Of a stretch of 64,000 nt of DNA, positions 54,780 to 64,000 are shown piece after piece. Source of the stretch: Eledone cirrhosa (Eukaryota). The notes under the pieces are model-generated. The model worked only from the letters and a program-made list of their open reading frames with translations, searched no databases and was not told the origin of the DNA. The stretch covers positions 13,392,001 through 13,456,000 of the forward strand of contig OZ024752.1 in NCBI GenBank assembly GCA_964016885.1, written 5' to 3'. Made by a program: the position numbers and the translations under genes. The first letter of the stretch is position 1. The number at the start of each line of letters is the position of its first letter.

Positions 54780-54917
54780 AAAGTTAAACAATGTCCAATG
54801 AATACATCAAAGAACGAGTTTTACAATAGATTGGAACCACTCAACAGAAAAAGAGTTTCCAGAGTTAATAATATTAATTCAAAATATTAACAAAATAGAT
54901 ATTCTTGTGATCAAGTA

Positions 54918-54984
54918 TATTTTATTATACATATTTCAGAGGTACTGTGTTAAGTTCAACAGTACGTCCTCATCAGATAAAATA
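54918..54984 (-). ncRNA. Type I hammerhead ribozyme motif (left palindrome arm)
   Basis: Exact reverse complement of 55085-55151. Confidence 0.75.
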
Positions 54985-55084
54985 AGATGATGCATGACAT
55001 ACCCTGACATAGTAGATGGGTAAGATTCACTACCATGACTGAATCTTAACCATCTACTATGTCAGGGTATGTCATGCATCATCT

Positions 55085-55151
55085 TATTTTATCTGATGAG
55101 GACGTACTGTTGAACTTAACACAGTACCTCTGAAATATGTATAATAAAATA
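55085..55151 (+). ncRNA. Type I hammerhead ribozyme motif (right palindrome arm)
   Basis: TATTTTAT-CTGATGA-GGA-C-GTACTGT-(10-nt loop)-ACAGTAC-C-TCT-GAAA-TATGTA-TA-ATAAAATA. Perfect 8-bp helix I, 3+7-bp helix II; predicted cut after A55143. Confidence 0.8.
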
Positions 55152-55183
55152 TACTTGATCACAAGAATATCTATTTTGAATTA

Positions 55184-55223
<40 letters not shown>

Positions 55224-55324
55224 ACAACAGTGACATAAACAGTTACCTGTGTTTAGTTGGGTTCTGGTCCCCAACTCATTCAGCCTGTTAGAGCCCAACG
55301 AAACTTAACTACCTGTTTATATCA

Positions 55325-55623
55325 CTGTTGTAACAGAGCTGTATGGGAGCATCCCAAAAGTCAGCTCAAAAGTGACACAGAGGAAACTGAGGTTGGCTGG
55401 ACATGCTCACCGACATCCAGAGTTGACATTGCACTCAGTGCTCCTTTGGGAGCCCCTACATGGACACACTAGAAGAGGAAGACCAAGGTTAACATATGTT
55501 GATGCCCTAAGGACAGACACTGGTCTGTTGGAGATGCAGGATATGGCAGCGATAATGAGGGACAGAGACCGCTGGAGAGAACTCGTCCATGGATCTCGGG
55601 AATTTTACCCGCCTTAGATATAG

Positions 55624-55625
<2 letters not shown>
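55325..55625 (+). mobile_element. RTE-clade LINE 3' fragment
   Basis: ORF 55372-55617 RKLRLAGHAHRHPE...LLWEPLHGHTRRGRPRLTYVDAL...MRDRDRWRELV, followed by a TAGATA/TA tail. Confidence 0.75.
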
Positions 55626-55687
<62 letters not shown>

Positions 55688-55694
<7 letters not shown>

Positions 55695-56055
55695 TTGGAG
55701 CTCTGAAATAGCAATATATATATGGATGTATATATAATATATTTTGCAATACACTTTATGCTTAATTAAAAGCATTTTGAAGACCGTAAGCTATTGATTT
55801 AAAGTAGTGACAAATTCACTCACTTTGATCTCAGCAAACAGGAGGAGATAAGCCGACATGACATGTTTCGTTTTTGTTGAAGCTTATCAAGGCCAACTAC
55901 CCCGCCTGTCTACTGAGATCAATGATGTTATATTCTTATAGAAATCTAGTAAATAATCAGGAGCTGATTATGCAGAGCGGTTGTTGGTCAGGCATAAATT
56001 AAAAATTAGAATTGGAGCTCTGAAATAGCAATATATATATGGATGTATATATAAT
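55688..56055. repeat. 317-bp unit followed by a ~50-bp direct repeat of its start
   Basis: ATTAGAATTGGAGCTCTGAAATAGCAATATATATATGGATGTATATATAAT occurs at 55688 and 56005. Confidence 0.8.
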
Positions 56056-56430
<375 letters not shown>

Positions 56431-56474
56431 ACCGAATAAATCTCTTTTACTGCACCTTTCTGTTCTTTTTAATT

Positions 56475-60032
<3,558 letters not shown>

Positions 60033-60296
60033 GTGAGGAAGATGAAAGACCAAGGGAGCACCCCTTCTCTGTGCTCCTGAGGAGAAGGGTTGCACACTTT
60101 TTTCGGGGGTGTGTGCGACCCCCCAAGGCGCCTCCTCTCTATTGAGGATTTTGTTAAAAATTTTATTTTTTGTGTAATCTTATTTTATTTTTATATTTTG
60201 TTATTGCCTCCTCCTTATTGAGGACGCCTTTTTGTGTAAACTCCCCCCTTTGTACTTGTCCCACTTTTGATGCCCTGGTGGCAAATAAAAGAAATC

Positions 60297-60347
<51 letters not shown>

Positions 60348-60420
60348 GTATATATATATGTATATATATATATATATGTATATATATATGTATATATATA
60401 TATATGTATATATATATAAA

Positions 60421-60507
<87 letters not shown>
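60297..60507. repeat. (TA)n microsatellite, 3' flank of the LINE
   Basis: Directly visible. Confidence 0.95.
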
Positions 60508-60511
<4 letters not shown>

Positions 60512-60554
60512 AAAAGCGAAGTAGTTTCAGATGTTCAAGTCCTTTAATAATATT

Positions 60555-60628
60555 GCTGTGATATATATTTCAGTGACGACACCGGCCATACTGTTCTGTG
60601 TGCGAGTGACGTGTTATCATCAGACAGC
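60555..60628 (-). ncRNA. Type I hammerhead ribozyme motif (left arm)
   Basis: Minus strand: GCTGT-CTGATGA-TAACACGTCACT...GGTGTCGTCACT-GAAA-TATATA-TC-ACAGC. Confidence 0.65.
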
Positions 60629-61327
60629 TTGTTACATAATAAGGTTATGTTTCCGAGGCAATCCAAATTGGATCGACAAGGGAACGAATGAATTGCGTGT
60701 TTTGGGGTTTTTCATCCGCTCCCCTGTGAGTACCAATTCACCCCCACCGGCCAGCGCAAGCGCATGTTCGAAGGAAGTTGACCATTAGCCACCGCAGATT
60801 TCAACGAAATTCGCTTAGTCAGTTCACTCTCTCAGCCAAAACAATGGCCCACCAATGCCTGTACCATATTTTACTGCTACCCATCACGGCTGTGGCAGTC
60901 AGCCGAGAGCCAGAGGGGATGGGAGAGTGTTAGTTTTTACAGGTCATAATACTCCCCCTCACTAAGCGTTGACGGTACGACTGACCGTCACCTTATAATG
61001 GAAAATAAACTTAATTCTAGGTATCATGGTTTTACGTTGGAAGTTAAGAGTGAGAGTTGGAAATAAAAATTAAAATCCTAAATCAAATATCAGAAATTAT
61101 AAATTAAACAATTGTTTTGGCTAAGAGGGTGAACTGACTAAGCGAATTTCGTTGAAATCTGCGGTGGCTAATGGTCAACTTCCTTCGGACATGCGCTTGC
61201 GCAGGCCGGTGGGGGTGAATTGGTACTCACAAGGGAGCGGATGAAAAACCCCAAAACACGCAATTCATCAGTTCCCATGTCGATCCAATTTGGATTGCCT
61301 CGGAAACATAACCTTATTATGTAACAA

Positions 61328-61401
61328 GCTGTCTGATGATGACACGACACTCGCACACAGAACAGTGTGGCCAGTGTCGTCACTGAAATATATATCACAG
61401 C
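61328..61401 (+). ncRNA. Type I hammerhead ribozyme motif (right arm)
   Basis: GCTGT-CTGATGA-TGAC-ACGACACT-(CACAC/GTGTG inner hairpin)-AGTGTCGT-CACT-GAAA-TATATA-TC-ACAGC. 5-bp helix I, 8-bp perfect helix II segment, palindromic ATATATAT helix III; predicted cut after C61396. Confidence 0.75.
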
Positions 61402-61415
61402 ATTATTATTAAAGG

Positions 61416-61600
61416 GCGGTGGATTGGCAGTATCGGTAGAGGGTCGGACGCCATGCTTTGACGTATAGACTTACGGCCCCTGCTATTCTGAGTTCAAATC
61501 CCGCCGAGGTTCACTTTGCCTTTCATCCTTACGGGGTCGATAAAATAAAGTACCAGTAATGCACTGGGTAATTGCTGGCCTTGTGCCAAACGTAGAAACA
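61416..61600 (+). mobile_element. Full-length tRNA-derived SINE with a 14-bp target-site duplication
   Basis: A-box TGGCAGTATCGG, B-box GAGTTCAAATCCC. TSD ATTATTATTAAAGG at 61402-61415 and 61601-61614. The left arm of the inverted repeat shows the empty site. Confidence 0.9.
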
Positions 61601-61728
61601 ATTATTATTAAAGGACTTGAACATCTGAAACTACTTCGCTTTTCCTTATTCAATATTTACTCCGTCACTCCTATGTGGAAAAAGTACGTTGAGTGCTTGA
61701 ATTGAATTGCATCAATATTTACCCTAAT

Positions 61729-61729
61729 A

Positions 61730-61761
<32 letters not shown>

Positions 61762-61768
61762 GTATATA

Positions 61769-61865
<97 letters not shown>

Positions 61866-61866
61866 G

Positions 61867-61933
<67 letters not shown>

Positions 61934-61946
61934 GTATATATATATG

Positions 61947-61985
<39 letters not shown>

Positions 61986-61998
61986 GTATATATATATG

Positions 61999-62097
<99 letters not shown>

Positions 62098-62157
62098 GTA
62101 TATATATATGTATATATATATATATATGTATATATATGTATATATATATATATATAC

Positions 62158-62197
<40 letters not shown>

Positions 62198-62209
62198 ATA
62201 TATATATAC

Positions 62210-62276
<67 letters not shown>

Positions 62277-62312
62277 CGTATATATATATATATATGTATG
62301 TATATATATATG

Positions 62313-62343
<31 letters not shown>
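61729..62343. repeat. (TA)n microsatellite with G interruptions
   Basis: Directly visible. Confidence 0.95.
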
Positions 62344-62344
<1 letters not shown>

Positions 62345-62379
62345 ATGTCAGGTCACCAGTTGGTGCTACTGGTAACATG

Positions 62380-63582
<1,203 letters not shown>

Positions 63583-63683
63583 AAAGATTTACATATACAC
63601 AAACTAAACAAAGTCACAGATATATATGTGGCCACCATTCACGATGTGGCTCAATGAAGAATTAATAAATTAAATAATCAGAG

Positions 63684-64000
63684 CAATATATCATAAAGTA
63701 TGTCCATAGAATCATTTCATAAAATATAATATATACACCATCCTCTCCCAATTAGTATAATTAACCACATAAAAATTCAATTAGACCAGTCTATAAGAAT
63801 AAAAGCTCCTATGAAGAAATATTTGATAAATAATCGACAGCACCCTTTTTTATTTATCAAATATTTCTTCATAGGAGCCCTTATTCTTATAGCTTGTCTA
63901 ATTGACCTTTTATGTGGTTAATTATGCTAATTTGGAGAGGAAATGGTGTATATATTATATTTTATCAAATGATTCTATGGACATACTTTATGATATATTG
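63684..64000. repeat. Imperfect inverted repeat, arms of at least 150 bp, 16-nt spacer; runs off the window end
   Basis: 63684-63833 (CAATATATCATAAAGTATGTCC...TTTGATAAATAA) is the reverse complement of 63850-64000, with scattered mismatches. Confidence 0.9.

Larger units (their letters stand above)
54891..55178. repeat. Near-perfect palindrome: 139-bp arms, 10-nt spacer
   Basis: Arms 54891-55029 and 55040-55178 are reverse complements with one mismatch seen (GATGGGTAAG vs GATGGTTAAG). Spacer CTACCATGAC. Confidence 0.95.
60506..61692. mobile_element. Foldback element: ~340-bp inverted arms (60506-60845 and 61111-61650, the latter split by a SINE) around a 265-bp spacer; each arm carries a hammerhead motif (Penelope pLTR-like)
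   Basis: ORFs 60531-60788 (+) and 61168-61398 (-) translate almost identically, reflecting the inverted repeat. Arm ends CAGCCAAAACAAT / ATTGTTTTGGCT. Confidence 0.85.

Noticed and set aside
60531-61398. Duplicated small protein genes (85 aa and 76 aa)
   Set aside because: Mirror translations of the inverted-repeat arms, antisense to the hammerheads; no recognisable domain.
61416-61510. tRNA gene
   Set aside because: A and B boxes are present but the spacing is long, there is no clear cloverleaf, and it continues into a multi-copy SINE body with a TSD.

Overview
AT-rich eukaryotic genomic DNA. The SINE family and (TA)n load suggest a cephalopod/octopus-like animal; this is inferred from memory, not from a search. 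Layout: (1) one large coding exon of a core-2/I-branching beta-1,6-N-acetylglucosaminyltransferase (GT14, GCNT-like), ~1224-2311, ending at a GT splice donor with no recognisable downstream exon, so the rest of the window is probably intron; (2) a nest of SINEs, RTE and CRE LINE fragments and a MITE (2.7-8.9 kb); (3) a ~43-kb uninterrupted array of a 41-bp satellite (~8921-52066, about 1,050 copies) with higher-order structure; (4) a Helitron-like element, a young 5'-truncated L1/Tx1-clade LINE inside (TA)n, and foldback elements. The most interesting signal, invisible in the ORF track, is a cluster of type I hammerhead-ribozyme motifs (CUGAUGA...GAAA...UH with paired helices) at 53.6-61.4 kb. 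Seven have the full core and a paired helix I, and a few more are decayed. Several lie in inverted repeats and show compensatory helix changes, consistent with Penelope-like pLTR or retrozyme-type elements. No self-cleavage or expression can be shown from sequence alone. Most short ORFs are microsatellite or satellite artefacts.
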